Shown here piece by piece: positions 36,642 to 48,800 of a stretch of 64,000 nt of DNA. Every line of letters begins with the position of its first letter. The stretch's first letter is position 1. The notes beneath the pieces were generated by a model, which was not told the DNA's origin, did not search any database, and saw only the letters and a program-made list of their open reading frames with translations. The position numbers and the translations under genes were made by a program. Source of the DNA: Lingula anatina (taxonomy: Eukaryota; Animalia; Brachiopoda); assembly GCA_051362555.1 (NCBI GenBank), contig CM120646.1:16678001-16742000 (forward strand). The letters are read 5' to 3'.

Positions 36642-38240
36642 TCAATTTGTTTTAATCTTGTCTAGCACTTTCACCTTTTTACACAGTAGTTTACATAGAC
36701 ATTTACAACAAATGATACCAAGAATCAATACAGTAATAACAATGCACAGAAGAAAGATAAAAACATCCACAAGATAGTACTGATACCATGGCATGCCTGC
36801 TCCAGGAGAACGCAGGTACGAGCCGCCATGTTTCAGGACATGCTCAATCCATGAGACAGCGAGTTGTTGTGAAGTCACCGGCTGATCACGATAAATGGCA
36901 GATAACTTTTTCGCTGCTGTCATATAGGTTGGGTTCTCAATCATGTCTTTGATATTGTTCAGAAGTTCTTCAGAAGTGAAATCTGCAATGTTCATGATTT
37001 TTGCCATTCCCTTGTTACGAGCTCTGTTGCCATTGTATACTTGGTCATAGAAAAAAGGGAACCCAAGTATTGGAATGCCATGATAAAGAGCATCATATGA
37101 TCCTCCATTGCCACAGTGGCTTATAAACAGCTTTGTATTGGGATGAGCCAAGAGATCATTCTGTGGAAGCCATTTTAAAAGTTTTACATTTGAAGGAACC
37201 TGGTCTGGTTTGGTGCCAGTAAATCTCCAGATGACTCCATACATGACTTTAGAAAAAGCTTCCAGCATCTTGTTAGTGACATGGGTAGGAAGGTAGGTTG
37301 TCCATGATCCAAAGGAGACAACAATCACACCTTCTTCATGACTATCCATGAAAGACTGCAGTTCTCTGGTCAGAGGTTTTCCAGGTCTGGTGTTAATTCC
37401 CCCAGCAAGAATGACATTAGGCAAAGTCAACTGAGGGTAGTCCAAGACAGCGCTCTTTTCTGTTACTACAAATAATTCAGACAGCAAAATCAAGTCACCT
37501 GGACTTTTTCTTGCTTTACCTGGTAAATATTCAGTAAAGTATCTGTCAGGAATTCTTGGTGTACTCCATATCCAGTCAACCAGCTCACATATTAAAAGAT
37601 TTAATGTTCGCTGTAAGAATGACATGTCATCTGAAAATGGGCTAAGTGGATGTGGAATAACTGAAGGTAGACGTGGCACCCCAGATATTGGTAAAGGAGC
37701 AAAGGATAAAGTGATATGGCGAAGGTTATGTTTGTAAGGAAGCAGGTATGCCGTTGGGAATAATGATAAGCAGTTGGACAGAATTACCATGTCAATTCCC
37801 AGATCTTCTATTCTTTGGTTGAATTTTCTGTCCTTCAACATATCTTCAGTATACTCAGTAAATATCATTTTTCTTAACATGAATTCAGATGCTAATCGTT
37901 TGTGCGGGATAATTTTTTCAATTGGATCCTCAAAAAAGGCCATAAATGCAGTTTTCTGTATGTCTGGGTTTTCAAATGCCAAGACACCTTCAGACCTAGT
38001 TTTGAAAGTCAAAAGCTGTACCTTGCTGTCCACCATGTCCTCTGGAAGTTCTGCAGCAACATGCTCTCCAATAACAAGGTAAACATCATGTCCCCTGTCA
38101 GCTAGACCCAAGAGAAGGTTTTGAGTTTCTATCACCTGTCCCTTTAGTGGAAAAATTATTCCCAAAAATTTTGCACTTTCAGCATATTGGTAGTAGTAAA
38201 AAAAGCACAGCAATGGTATGATATGTTTGGTCCACTTCAT
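36642..38240 (-). CDS. UDP-glycosyltransferase (animal ER-type, UGT1/2/3/8-like), intronless, copy A, 532 aa
   Basis: Signal peptide (MKWTKHIIPLLCFF...), UGT signature WLPQNDLLAHPNTKLFISHCGNGGSYDALYHGIPILGFPFFYDQ, C-terminal TM helix and KxKxx ER-retrieval tail (KIKTN). ATG placed at 38240 to match copy B; the track's 38291 start is a non-ATG codon. Confidence 0.95.
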   Translation of the reverse strand: MKWTKHIIPLLCFFYYYQYAESAKFLGIIFPLKGQVIETQNLLLGLADRGHDVYLVIGEHVAAELPEDMVDSKVQLLTFKTRSEGVLAFENPDIQKTAFMAFFEDPIEKIIPHKRLASEFMLRKMIFTEYTEDMLKDRKFNQRIEDLGIDMVILSNCLSLFPTAYLLPYKHNLRHITLSFAPLPISGVPRLPSVIPHPLSPFSDDMSFLQRTLNLLICELVDWIWSTPRIPDRYFTEYLPGKARKSPGDLILLSELFVVTEKSAVLDYPQLTLPNVILAGGINTRPGKPLTRELQSFMDSHEEGVIVVSFGSWTTYLPTHVTNKMLEAFSKVMYGVIWRFTGTKPDQVPSNVKLLKWLPQNDLLAHPNTKLFISHCGNGGSYDALYHGIPILGFPFFYDQVYNGNRARNKGMAKIMNIADFTSEELLNNIKDMIENPTYMTAAKKLSAIYRDQPVTSQQLAVSWIEHVLKHGGSYLRSPGAGMPWYQYYLVDVFIFLLCIVITVLILGIICCKCLCKLLCKKVKVLDKIKTN

Positions 38241-39428
38241 GTCTTCCCTCTCAATGAAGAGCAGATCTAGTTGCTCCAGTATGACAGTCACTGTGATATC
38301 AAACCGAAGCTGTAGAAGTTTAAAAAGCTATTCACTGACCAGCATTTCAACCTGCCAGAGATACTGGTACATGTACTGGTACATGTACTTGTGTAAACAA
38401 CACAGTCTGTAACTCATAGTAATGTCTTTTACTGATGTTAACTACTGTAGGTCACCGTCACACAAATTTGTGACTTGCTTACATCCTTTGTGTTGATGCA
38501 TTGGCATTTTTATGGCAAATGAGTAACCACACAATTTTTGTGCTACGTGTGTTGAATAAATACACTGTATATGTCTTTTAATGTTAGAACTATTGGGTAT
38601 ACATGCCCCCCCCCCACCCCCTCTCACATGAGATTGCCAGTACTTTCCATTACTCAGGCCTACCCAACTACCAGACTTGGCTCGGCACCGAATGATCCTG
38701 AATTCACTGGTATATTGGACCACACTACCTGTTTTCAAGGTGTGCGTCAGTACGCGCTTCGAAGTATCAGTCACAACACCACTCTTGCCTTATATACGTG
38801 ATAGCGATGATTCTCAGCTGGGTTGGAAAGTTATGCATCTCATCTCAAAATTTGTTCTTAGGTATGATACTGTGAAATGCATACTGACACACACCTTTCT
38901 TTTAATGCAGTGCAGTCTAACTAAAGAAGTTAATTCTATCAATTTTTTACGATTAAACTGTTGGTCTTGTGTATTTTAAATTGCTTACCAATGTATACTT
39001 GTAAGTTATACTGCCCAACTATTAATGCTCATTGATTTAAAACAAGTTATCTCCCCCCCCCCCACCCCCCCGGTATTTTATTTAATTGTCCAGACTTGTA
39101 GAGGTAAAGGAAACGTAAGAGACAAACACTGATTACCAGTTTACTATCGATGATCAGGTAATGATTGTCCATCAGTGAAACAATCAAGACAATAGATATC
39201 ACACGGTGAGAAATTCATCAGAAGTTATGATTTGAATAATCTAAGCTTACAACCGATGATACCAATCTCTTCTCTCTAGACTTTATGAATGTTTTTCAAC
39301 TACCTCTTTTTTTAAAAAAAGAAATTTCCTAGAGAAAAACATAATTTCATTTTCATCACTAGTTAGCATTTATTTGTACAAATTAAAGCAGTTTTTTTTT
39401 TCAGGTAAAGTATTCATACTACAATGAA

Positions 39429-41027
39429 TCAATTTGTTTTAATCTTGTCTGGCACCTTCACCTTTTTACACAGTAGTTTACATAGACATTTACAACAAAT
39501 GATACCAAGAATCAATAAAGTAATTACAATGCACAGAAGAAAGATAACAACATCCACAAGGTAGTACTGATACCACGGCATGCCTGCTCCAGGAGAACGC
39601 AGGTAAGAGCCGCCATGTTTCAGGACATGCTCAATCCATGAGGCGGCCAGTTGTTGTGAAGTCACCGGCTGATCACGATAGATGGCAGATAACTTTTTCG
39701 CTGCAGTCATATATGTCGGGTTCTCAATCATGTCCTTGATATTGTTCAGAAGTTCTTCAGAAGTGAAATCTGCAATGTTCATGATTTTTGCCATTCCCTT
39801 GATATGAGCTCTGTTGCCATTGTAAACCTGGTCAAAGAAATGAGGGAACCCAAGTATTGGAATGCCATGATAAAGAGCTTCATATGACCCTCCATTGCCA
39901 CAGTGGCTTATAAACAGCTTTGTACTGGGATGGGCCAAGAGATCATTCTGTGGAAGCCATTTTAAAAGTTTTACATTTGAAGGAACCTGCTTTAGTTTGG
40001 AACCAGTAAATCTCCAAATTACCCCATGTGTGACTTTTGAAAAAGCTTCCAGCATCTTGTTAGTGACATGGGTAGGAAGGTAGGTTGTCAGTGATCCAAA
40101 GGAGACAACAATCAAGCCTTCCTTGTACTTATCCATGAAAGACTGCAGTTCTCTGGTCAGAGGTTTTCCAGGTCTGGTGTTAAGTCCCCCAGCAAGAATG
40201 ACATTAGGCAAAGTCAACTGAGGATAGTCCAAGACCGCGCTCTTTCCTGTTACTACAAATAATTCAGACAGCAACATCAAGTCATCTGGAGTTTTTTTTG
40301 CTTTACCTGGTAAATATTCCATAAAGTATCTGTCAGGAATTCTTGGAGGGCTCCATATCCAGTCATCCAGCTTATATATTAAAAGATTTACTGTTCGTTG
40401 TAAGAATGACATGTCATCTGAAAATGGGCTGAGTGGATGTGGCATCACTGAAGGTAGAAGTGGCATCCCAGATATTGATAAAGGAGTAAAAGATAAAGTG
40501 ATATGGCGAAGGTTATGTTTGTAGGGAAGCAGGTATGCCGTGGGGAATAATGCAAAGCAGTTGGACAGAATTACCATGTCAATTCCCAGATCTTCTATTC
40601 TTTGGTTGAATTTTCTGTCCTTCAACATATCTTCAGTATACTCAGTAATTAACATTTTCCTTAACATGAATTCATATGCTAATCGTTTGCGCGGGATAAT
40701 TTTTTCAATTGGATCCTCAAAAAAGGCCATGAATCCAGTTTTCTGTATGTCTGGGTTTTCAAATGCCATGACATCTGCAGACCTAGTTTTGAAAGTCAAA
40801 AGCTGTACCTTGCTGTCCACCATGTCCTCTGGAAGTTCTGCAGCAGCATGCTCTCCAAGAACAAGGTAAACATCATGTCCCTTGTTAGCTAGACCCAAGA
40901 GAAGTGTTTGAGTCTCTATCACCTGTCCCTTTAGTGGAAAAATTATTCCCAAAAATTTTGCACTTTCGGTATATTGGTAGTAGTAAAGAAAGCACAGCAA
41001 TGGTATGATATGTTTGGTCCACATCAT
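39429..41027 (-). CDS. UDP-glycosyltransferase, intronless, copy B, 532 aa
   Basis: Same architecture and length as copy A, about 90% amino acid identity by manual count; signature WLPQNDLLAHPSTKLFISHCGNGGSYEALYHGIPILGFPHFFDQ. Confidence 0.95.
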   Translation of the reverse strand: MMWTKHIIPLLCFLYYYQYTESAKFLGIIFPLKGQVIETQTLLLGLANKGHDVYLVLGEHAAAELPEDMVDSKVQLLTFKTRSADVMAFENPDIQKTGFMAFFEDPIEKIIPRKRLAYEFMLRKMLITEYTEDMLKDRKFNQRIEDLGIDMVILSNCFALFPTAYLLPYKHNLRHITLSFTPLSISGMPLLPSVMPHPLSPFSDDMSFLQRTVNLLIYKLDDWIWSPPRIPDRYFMEYLPGKAKKTPDDLMLLSELFVVTGKSAVLDYPQLTLPNVILAGGLNTRPGKPLTRELQSFMDKYKEGLIVVSFGSLTTYLPTHVTNKMLEAFSKVTHGVIWRFTGSKLKQVPSNVKLLKWLPQNDLLAHPSTKLFISHCGNGGSYEALYHGIPILGFPHFFDQVYNGNRAHIKGMAKIMNIADFTSEELLNNIKDMIENPTYMTAAKKLSAIYRDQPVTSQQLAASWIEHVLKHGGSYLRSPGAGMPWYQYYLVDVVIFLLCIVITLLILGIICCKCLCKLLCKKVKVPDKIKTN

Positions 41028-44000
41028 CTCTTCCCTCTCAATGAAGAACAGATCTAGTTGCTCAAGTATGACTGTGATATCAAACTGGAGGTGTAGGAGT
41101 TAAAAATGCTATTCACTGACTAGAGATACTGGTACATGTGCAGCTGGTGTAAACAACTCAGTCTGTAACCCATAGTAATGTCCCTTATTGATGTTAACCT
41201 CTGTAGATCACACAAATTTGTGACTTGTTCACATCCTTTGTGTTGATGCGTTGGCATTTTAATGGCAAATGAGTGACCACACAATTTTTGTGCTACATGT
41301 GTTGAATAAATACACTGTATATGTTTTTCTGTTACAACTATTGGGTATATGTTCTACTGCACCCCCCCTCCCATGAGATTGCCAGTGCTTTTCCATTACT
41401 CCAGAAACAAAACAACTTCTTTCTTCATACCCTATTTTATGGGAAGGAGAGATCATCATATCATGCTTGAAGCAAAACAACAACATTATACATATTCAAG
41501 TGCCAAAAAAGGTGACCAGCACTACTGTGTCTTTGTTGAGAAAGTTTTAAATATTAGCATTTAAAGGGTGAGGCACCTTTAAACAATACTTATCGACTCA
41601 AAACTCAAGCACTACAACAGGTATCACATGTGCAAATATTCGTCATAATGTAAAATTAATGCAGATTTCCATGAATTTCGGGAAACATGACTGAAAAACT
41701 TTTTTTGCCTGAAATTTAGAAAAAATCCTCCATTATTGAAATTAAAAAATAATAATAATGATGGGGTCATGCCCATTTTTAAACTTGATTAGCATTTTAG
41801 GACATTGAATAATACCTGTGAGTTTGAAGCAAATTGTTTACATGTTGCTTCAATCTGAGTTATTGTGTTAACAAGATTTGTGCACAGCTCTGGTCACGTG
41901 GACAGACTTGGATGATAAAATAAACACTTCTGATTTGGTGAGATAGGTATTAACAAATGCTCATTCATTATTCTCTCTACATCAGCTTGTTTGGGAAATT
42001 TAAAAAAATGCCAGATAATGTGTTTTTCAAATTGAATTGCATTATAGTTTGAGTTAAACATTCAAAGATTGCGATGTTAAGTAATTTAAAATCTGCTCTG
42101 AAGTTGTGGAAAGGTAGACAAACATCATTCTCCTCTGCCTCTCCCCAATAAACCTGCCTGGTCACCGTGATTCCTATGCCAGATATACATCTAGCATTGT
42201 AGCAGGTAGGGAGAGATATTAAGCTGATCCCCGCCAGCCACTGGGGGAAAGGAATGTTGTATGGGGACAGAGCAGCAAGCCCAATGACTGTAGTGCATTC
42301 ACTGTGGATTTACTACTGAAAGGTTAGGAGATCTCCATCTAACAGGCGAGTGAAGTTTGATGATTGTTATGCTAACTCTCAAGGTTAATATTATTTTTCC
42401 CCCACTCTGTTATATATTGGCTTTGTAAAAACAAATCGCTGCTTGGTCGTAAAACTGTTTTACTGCCCAGAGGCACTATTCTGCACATATACTGCAAAAT
42501 ACGCGCTGCATCAGCTTATGCTTACAAAATCAACTTATGAAGCTCAAGAAGCAATTATGGCATGTAGAGTCCAAAATGCTCATTGAAACTTTCTCTTTGT
42601 GGTGGCATATTTTGAAATATTTGAGAACTTGGGATTCTTTCTTGTTCTGCCAGAGTGGTTTCGAGTGATACAGTACCTGTCATTGAACTAAGCCCAACTG
42701 TTATAATTTTTTGTTTAAAAAACCTAAAATTGCAGGGGATGCTTTAAAAGAATTAAATATGTAATATGCTACATACAAAAACAAGAGTGTCATACTAACT
42801 CAAAACAATCTGAAATATTTTTTAGGGACGCAAACGACGAACTCTTTGCCAATGTATTAAAAGTTGCCCAGGGTCACTATCATAAAAGAAAAGGTGAACA
42901 TACATTAGAGCTGAATGCCCATAAAAACTGTACTCTTAGCACTACACAAGGCAGCAAATATATACCCGAATTGTGTAGGGCCCCAAAGGTAACAAGTTCA
43001 GAATTAAAGAAAGAAAGCTAAAAACAACAACATAAAAGATGGATTTCCATGTATAAGGCAGTATACAAGAAGTTACAGAACAGAAATGTTGCATGAAAAC
43101 AGGCTTTTTAATTTGTTCTGCATATACCTAAGACTAGCATGCATGTAAATATCCAATGTAATTATGTCTTGACCCAGGTTCATCTTCTTAATGTAAACAT
43201 TAGCACAGGTGTTGTCATTTGACAGGTGAGCTGAGAAGGAGGGTCTGTCCTTAAGTCCTACTAAACCTGTGAATCAATTGTTTTTAAGTAGGATTGTAAT
43301 GCGAGACATGTACAGTTGTTTGTGACAAAATAGAAAATGTACATACGTACCTTGCTTGGGACTGGTTTTTTGACAACAGGCCAGTATTGTTAGATGAAAA
43401 TAATGGTCTTGTCGAAAACCAGTTTTAAATGCCAAATATTTGACATTATTGTATTCCTCTGTACATGGTCAACTTTGGCATTCTGCTTCTGTAATTTTAA
43501 CTTAAATATATATGTTACCTTTTTGCATTAAAAAAAAGAAATATTTATGAATGCGATCAGGGCTTTAAAAGTAAATTCAAAAGTCCTATATAATGTTATA
43601 CCTGAGGTAGGGTAGACTGAAGAGGGTAGGGTGTTTGCTGGGATGCCTATTCATAAAAGTGATGCACACTGTCTGTTTCACATCTCACACAATCATGTGC
43701 TTGACTTATTTTAAATTTTTCTTCCATTCTGTTAATTAACATGGGGTGTTTTGCTTACCCACCAAAACCAAGAACTGAAATCTCAACTCATCAAGATTAA
43801 GGACAAATCTTTATTGGAATTATTGGCATTAATTGGTAACCAAAACATTTGCTTACACATCATGATATCTATGGAAGGGAAATATTCTGTCACAGTGCAG
43901 TAATTTTAACTGATACCATGAGTACTTGACATGTTCTGGGTGAGAAAGTTTAAAAGAATCATTGACTGTGATCACAGAAAGTCCCTACATTTTATCTAGC

Positions 44001-45821
44001 CAGCTCATCTTCATATTGTGGTGTCTTCTAAGACATTCCAGTCAACACACAAAAGGACCACCTGTTAGCTAGAATCTATGTCTTATGTGTCTTAATCTTC
44101 ATTCTTGTACACGATTTTGAAGAATGTGATGCGAGAAGAATTATTTCCGTAACCACAGGCAAAGGTCTCTGATCTTAGCTAGGAGAAATTGATGGTGTGA
44201 TGTTTGAATAGATTAGCAGTTTGTAAACTGGTAATTTTACATGTCACTGGAATATTTTGCTCTGTGCCAAAAGGTATGTTGTGCAGAATATTATTTCTTT
44301 AATCATTAAATCTATTAAAATCAAACTTGTACATTTTGTTATAAGTTGAATTGAAATATTGCAGTTTTTTGGATTTGTTCTGGAAAAAAATTTCTTCATG
44401 AGTAAGTGATGAAAATTTACCTATAAACTATGAAATAAAAAAAAGTTTGTGCACAACTTCAGCCATAACAATAGATAGATATATATACATATATTGAGAC
44501 CTATATACTAAGATTATAGTGTAAGAAAGGCAGATACTCAACAGGTTACGGCAGAATAGCATTCAGTTTGGCCATCAGCCATTCAAGAAGGTCTAATTTC
44601 TGCAGACACATGCTTAATTTGTACCTTAAATCAAAAAAATAATTTTTTGGGGTTATTTTTGAATGTATACTTAGCATTATGATGTGCATGAAAGTGATCC
44701 AGGGTGACTTGCAAACAAGGATTCTCAGCTTTTAATAATGATATTGCATTTATGTAACTGGCAAATTTATGTTAAACAAAAATGTCTAGACGTGATATGT
44801 AACCCGAATTATGAATAAGAATGTCCACCCGAAGTGTGCTACTGCATGTACAGTGTTCAAGTTACAGAATATATACGTATATATTGTATGTTTTTTAAAG
44901 CTATTCACATGTGATGCACAACATTAAATAAAGTTTATTTTTCTTTTAAAATATATAACATTCAAAGTACAGTATTAGTTTATTTTGTATAAAAAATTAC
45001 TTGTCATATATCATGTAAAGTTTTGCTCACCTGTATAGGATATTATGTGGCATCTTGCTGTATATACATAGAGGGATGGGATAAGAATTGCCATTTACAT
45101 TAATTTTATTTCCTCAGTGACATGTCTTTGTAGATTTAGCCAATGTCACATAATGAATACACAGTAATGGATAGGTGGTTAAATGAACTAATGGCATGTT
45201 ATGAGGAACACTCCCTACTGTGTGTAACATGAACATACTAGTATGCTTGTGTCCCCTCCAGTAAGGTGATGGTGGATCCTTTAAAATGTCCCCTTCCTAC
45301 CCCTCATACCATCCCACAACAACCCCCACCCCCACCCCACCCCCAAAAAGTTAAACCAGGAAAATGAGATAAACCTAAAAGTATTCCATTTCTGTAAGCT
45401 ATATTAATTGTACACAATGTTCTTTTTTGTGATTGTACAAAAAAATCCTTGTTTCCCTTCTCTTTCCTATATAAACACCATGGATCCACCAGTTTAAGGC
45501 ACAATGGATTGTAACTTACTGAATTAATTCTCCATTTTGGCAAAACGAGTTCTGTTTTTTGTATTTATGGCTCAGCATGGTTTGATTTAGTTCAACTTTT
45601 CAACTGTCTCACAACCTAATTTTGAAGAGAAGTGTATGCAGGTTATAATGTGCAAATACTGCAACTGATGCAGGTATATTAAAACAGGGTGGTTAAAAAA
45701 ATGCAGATATTTTCACTAATGTAATCTGGCTAACTTTTTATGCATTATTTTGCCAACATGATATATTGATGTATTACTCATAAATTTGCTTTTTACAGAG
45801 GACTTCATATTGTTTTGAGCC

Positions 45822-48800
45822 ATGGCCGAGGAGGACACAGATGATATAGACTTCCTGCACCAGCTGATAGTCCCTGAACCAGTCCAGCTACCGTCTTCCC
45901 CTGTCAGTACGCCACTGCCACAGCCTGTACTCAGGGAGTGTGTAGACATACTACCAGGGGGTGTGCAGCAAGAAGAGCTGGTGTCTGAGTATGAGGGGTA
46001 TAGTGATGGTTTACCAGAATCTTATGCTGATTTTTGGGAGGGGGATTCTAAGGATGGTAAGTGGGCGAGGTGTTATAAAGTTCCCTATTGATACCATGCT
46101 ACATATAAGAATGAAAAAGCCTAGCTTTGAGTTTGAATGAATTAATTATGTTTCCTAACTTAAATTTCTGTGACAAAATTTTAATATTTTTTGTTTCTTA
46201 AATTTTGCTACATCGACCATTTTGCAGTTGTCTTTAATCAGACAGTTTTTCATACATTCACTACTTGCATAAGCCATTCTAACTTAGTCTTCTAAAAAGT
46301 AATCACTCTCTCCTATTTTCCAGTGCCCCCTTATATCCCTTTCTCCTCGATTGCAATCCCCACACAGCCTCCCATGGTGTATGTCCCAGGGCAGAGGGTG
46401 ACAGTAATCATCACCAACTCTGAACACATTCCCAGGGGAAATATCCTCAGCCCTTACCTGTGAGTATTGTAACCTGTGAGTACTGTTATCTATGAGTACT
46501 GTTACCTGTGAGCACTGTTACCTGTGAGTGCTGTTACCCGTGAGTGTGTTGTCCTGTTTCCACTTAATTTGGGTTGACCAAACTTAGTATGACCCACTAA
46601 GTGTAAGTGACCACATGTACGTATTCCCTCATCAGCCCTTACCTGTGAGTACCATCACCTGTTAGTCAGTTATCTTTAATATATGGTTAATGAAAGGATT
46701 ACTCACATTAACTTGTATTCAGGCTAATATTATATGATTAAGTTACAATTGTATTTCTCTTACTATAGGTACACCCTAAAGGTCACACATGCCAATCATG
46801 AGTGGGAGATAAAGAGAAGATACCAGGACTTCCAGAAACTTCACAGCAGGCTGCAGCTCTTCAAAGCTAGGCTCAAACTACCCAAGGCAAATAATGGGTA
46901 ACAAATACAAGTTCCAATCCAACATTGTTTTTATCTTAAGGCCCAAATTAAACTTGGTCTTCTTTGAGTCATAATTATTAATCAGTGCATGATGGTTTCT
47001 TTTAATCGAAATGTCAAATCGGAAAAAAAGATGTTTTTCTTCTTTTTGAAGTAGACCTAAGTTTTTCTGATATAAAATGAGGACCAACTTGCATAATATA
47101 TGGTTATTTTAGTCCTTTAAATTCATAAAACTAAGTCATGCGTTGTGTACCACATCAAAAATCCATGCTGTCATTGTGATAACTGATGTTTATATTTGGT
47201 TATTTTAAAAATCACATTTTAAATCATCACTAATAATTTTCCATGTTATTTACACCAGGAATACAGGGCGTGGCCCCACTGTTGTCCCAGAACTCCCAAG
47301 TTTCCCCCACAAACCCGATGCCTTCATGAACAGTGAGCAGAGCAAGGCCAGAATGGTAAAATAGTTTCTGTAGTAATACAATCTGTGTCCTAACATTTTC
47401 TAATTGGGGGTTATTCAGACTTTAAGACCTCAGTAAACTACTACTAGTACTGTACTAGACCAACAAGTCTTAAGATGTTATCTGTACATAACTTAAAATC
47501 TATCCAAGAGAACCACCCAAATTCACATCAATCCAGTCAGACTGGCTAGTATCCATAAAAAAATGTAATTTGGCTTTAATCTACTATTCAGATGCTTTGG
47601 GCATCTCAGACTGGCCATCTTCAAGCAGTGGGGAATATATGTATCACATATAGTGAAACAGAATTTGTATATATTTGGAATTTTTTCATCAATTTTTATG
47701 TGCTATGCATATATTTTGGCATGCTGTATGGGAAGTAATACTGACACTTTAATTACTGTTTCAGATATTATGCAATATTCATATGTATATATATTTAGTT
47801 TGTTGACTGTAACTGTACATATCCCAGTGTTTTTTTCTCTGTAGGAAGAATTAGAAAATTATCTATTTAATATCCTGAAACATTCTGCATATAGGAACCA
47901 TAAGGCTTTGGTGAGTTTTATCCTCTTTTTTGTTTATTGTCTATTTAGAAGATTTATACTAAATTCTGTGCCATTTCAGTCGATACCATGATTACAATAC
48001 GCATTCTATACAATTCCTGTCAATTTATGAAAAAATTGCATAAAAAATTCATAATGTATTTTCTCTATACATGTAAGTTAAGTAAGATTCCTGCCTTTTT
48101 CTCGATTGAATTATTTATTCACAGTATTAAATGTATAGCTTTATTAATTCACATAAGTTATACTGAACAAATTAAATGTTCATTTAAGTTAAGGTTTCTG
48201 GAAGTGAGTCGGATGTCATTCGTAGCATGCAGTGGCTCCACCAAGAGGAAGGAAGGGACGGTGGCTAAGAAGGCTGCTGGTCTGTCACAGGGGTTGTTTG
48301 GATCCCAACACTGGGGAGAGAGGTGACCTCAGAGCCATACTCTGCATTGTGATCAAGAATTCAGTGAAAAGAAATGTGTTTTAATATTTTACTCCAAATA
48401 GGAATATTTATTTATTTTGTTGGAATCCCATATATCAAAAATGGCTTTGAAATAGAACCATGATTAAATGTATTTGTAAAATAATTAGATCATATGCTCA
48501 TGGACACATTGGCAGAGCTGAAATTTAAACTCATAGTCCAAGTAAATTCATATTTGTAACAAAGCATAAGGTAATGCAATCTACCAAAACACAAAAAGAA
48601 TTTTTCCCCTATCTCGGAATTCCAGGTGGTTCATAGTGAAAGACAGTTATATAACGTACCTAAGGAAAGATGGTAGTGTTGGAGGGGTGATGCTAATGGA
48701 CCGTGGGTTTCACATCACGCGAGAGGACAACAGCTCTCTTGCCCTGCATGGCCTTAAGATTATCAATCTCTCCAGGTCAGTGAAATAGTTTGAAATAAAA

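Larger units (their letters stand above)
36170..41401. repeat. Tandem segmental duplication of about 2.5 kb (units ~36170-38656 and ~38911-41401), each carrying one UGT
   Basis: Flanks align as well as the ORFs (e.g. gtagaggtaaaggaaac..aagagacaaacactgatt at ~36347 and ~39098; gattgccagt.ctt..cattactc at ~38632 and ~41377); about 250 bp of unique sequence separates the units. Confidence 0.9.

Noticed and set aside
37774-40869. Plus-strand ORFs overlapping the UGTs
   Set aside because: Antisense shadows duplicated along with the UGT genes; no independent coding signal.
41800-41955. Possible decayed HINE/Helentron end and other TE-like scraps (13950, 34500-34790, 35900-36130, 56540-56640)
   Set aside because: Too degenerate to define boundaries or family without a repeat library.
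46884-46900. Possible GC-AG donor (aag|gcaaat) in PLD
   Set aside because: The GT donor at ~46898 gives the correct phase with the next exon.
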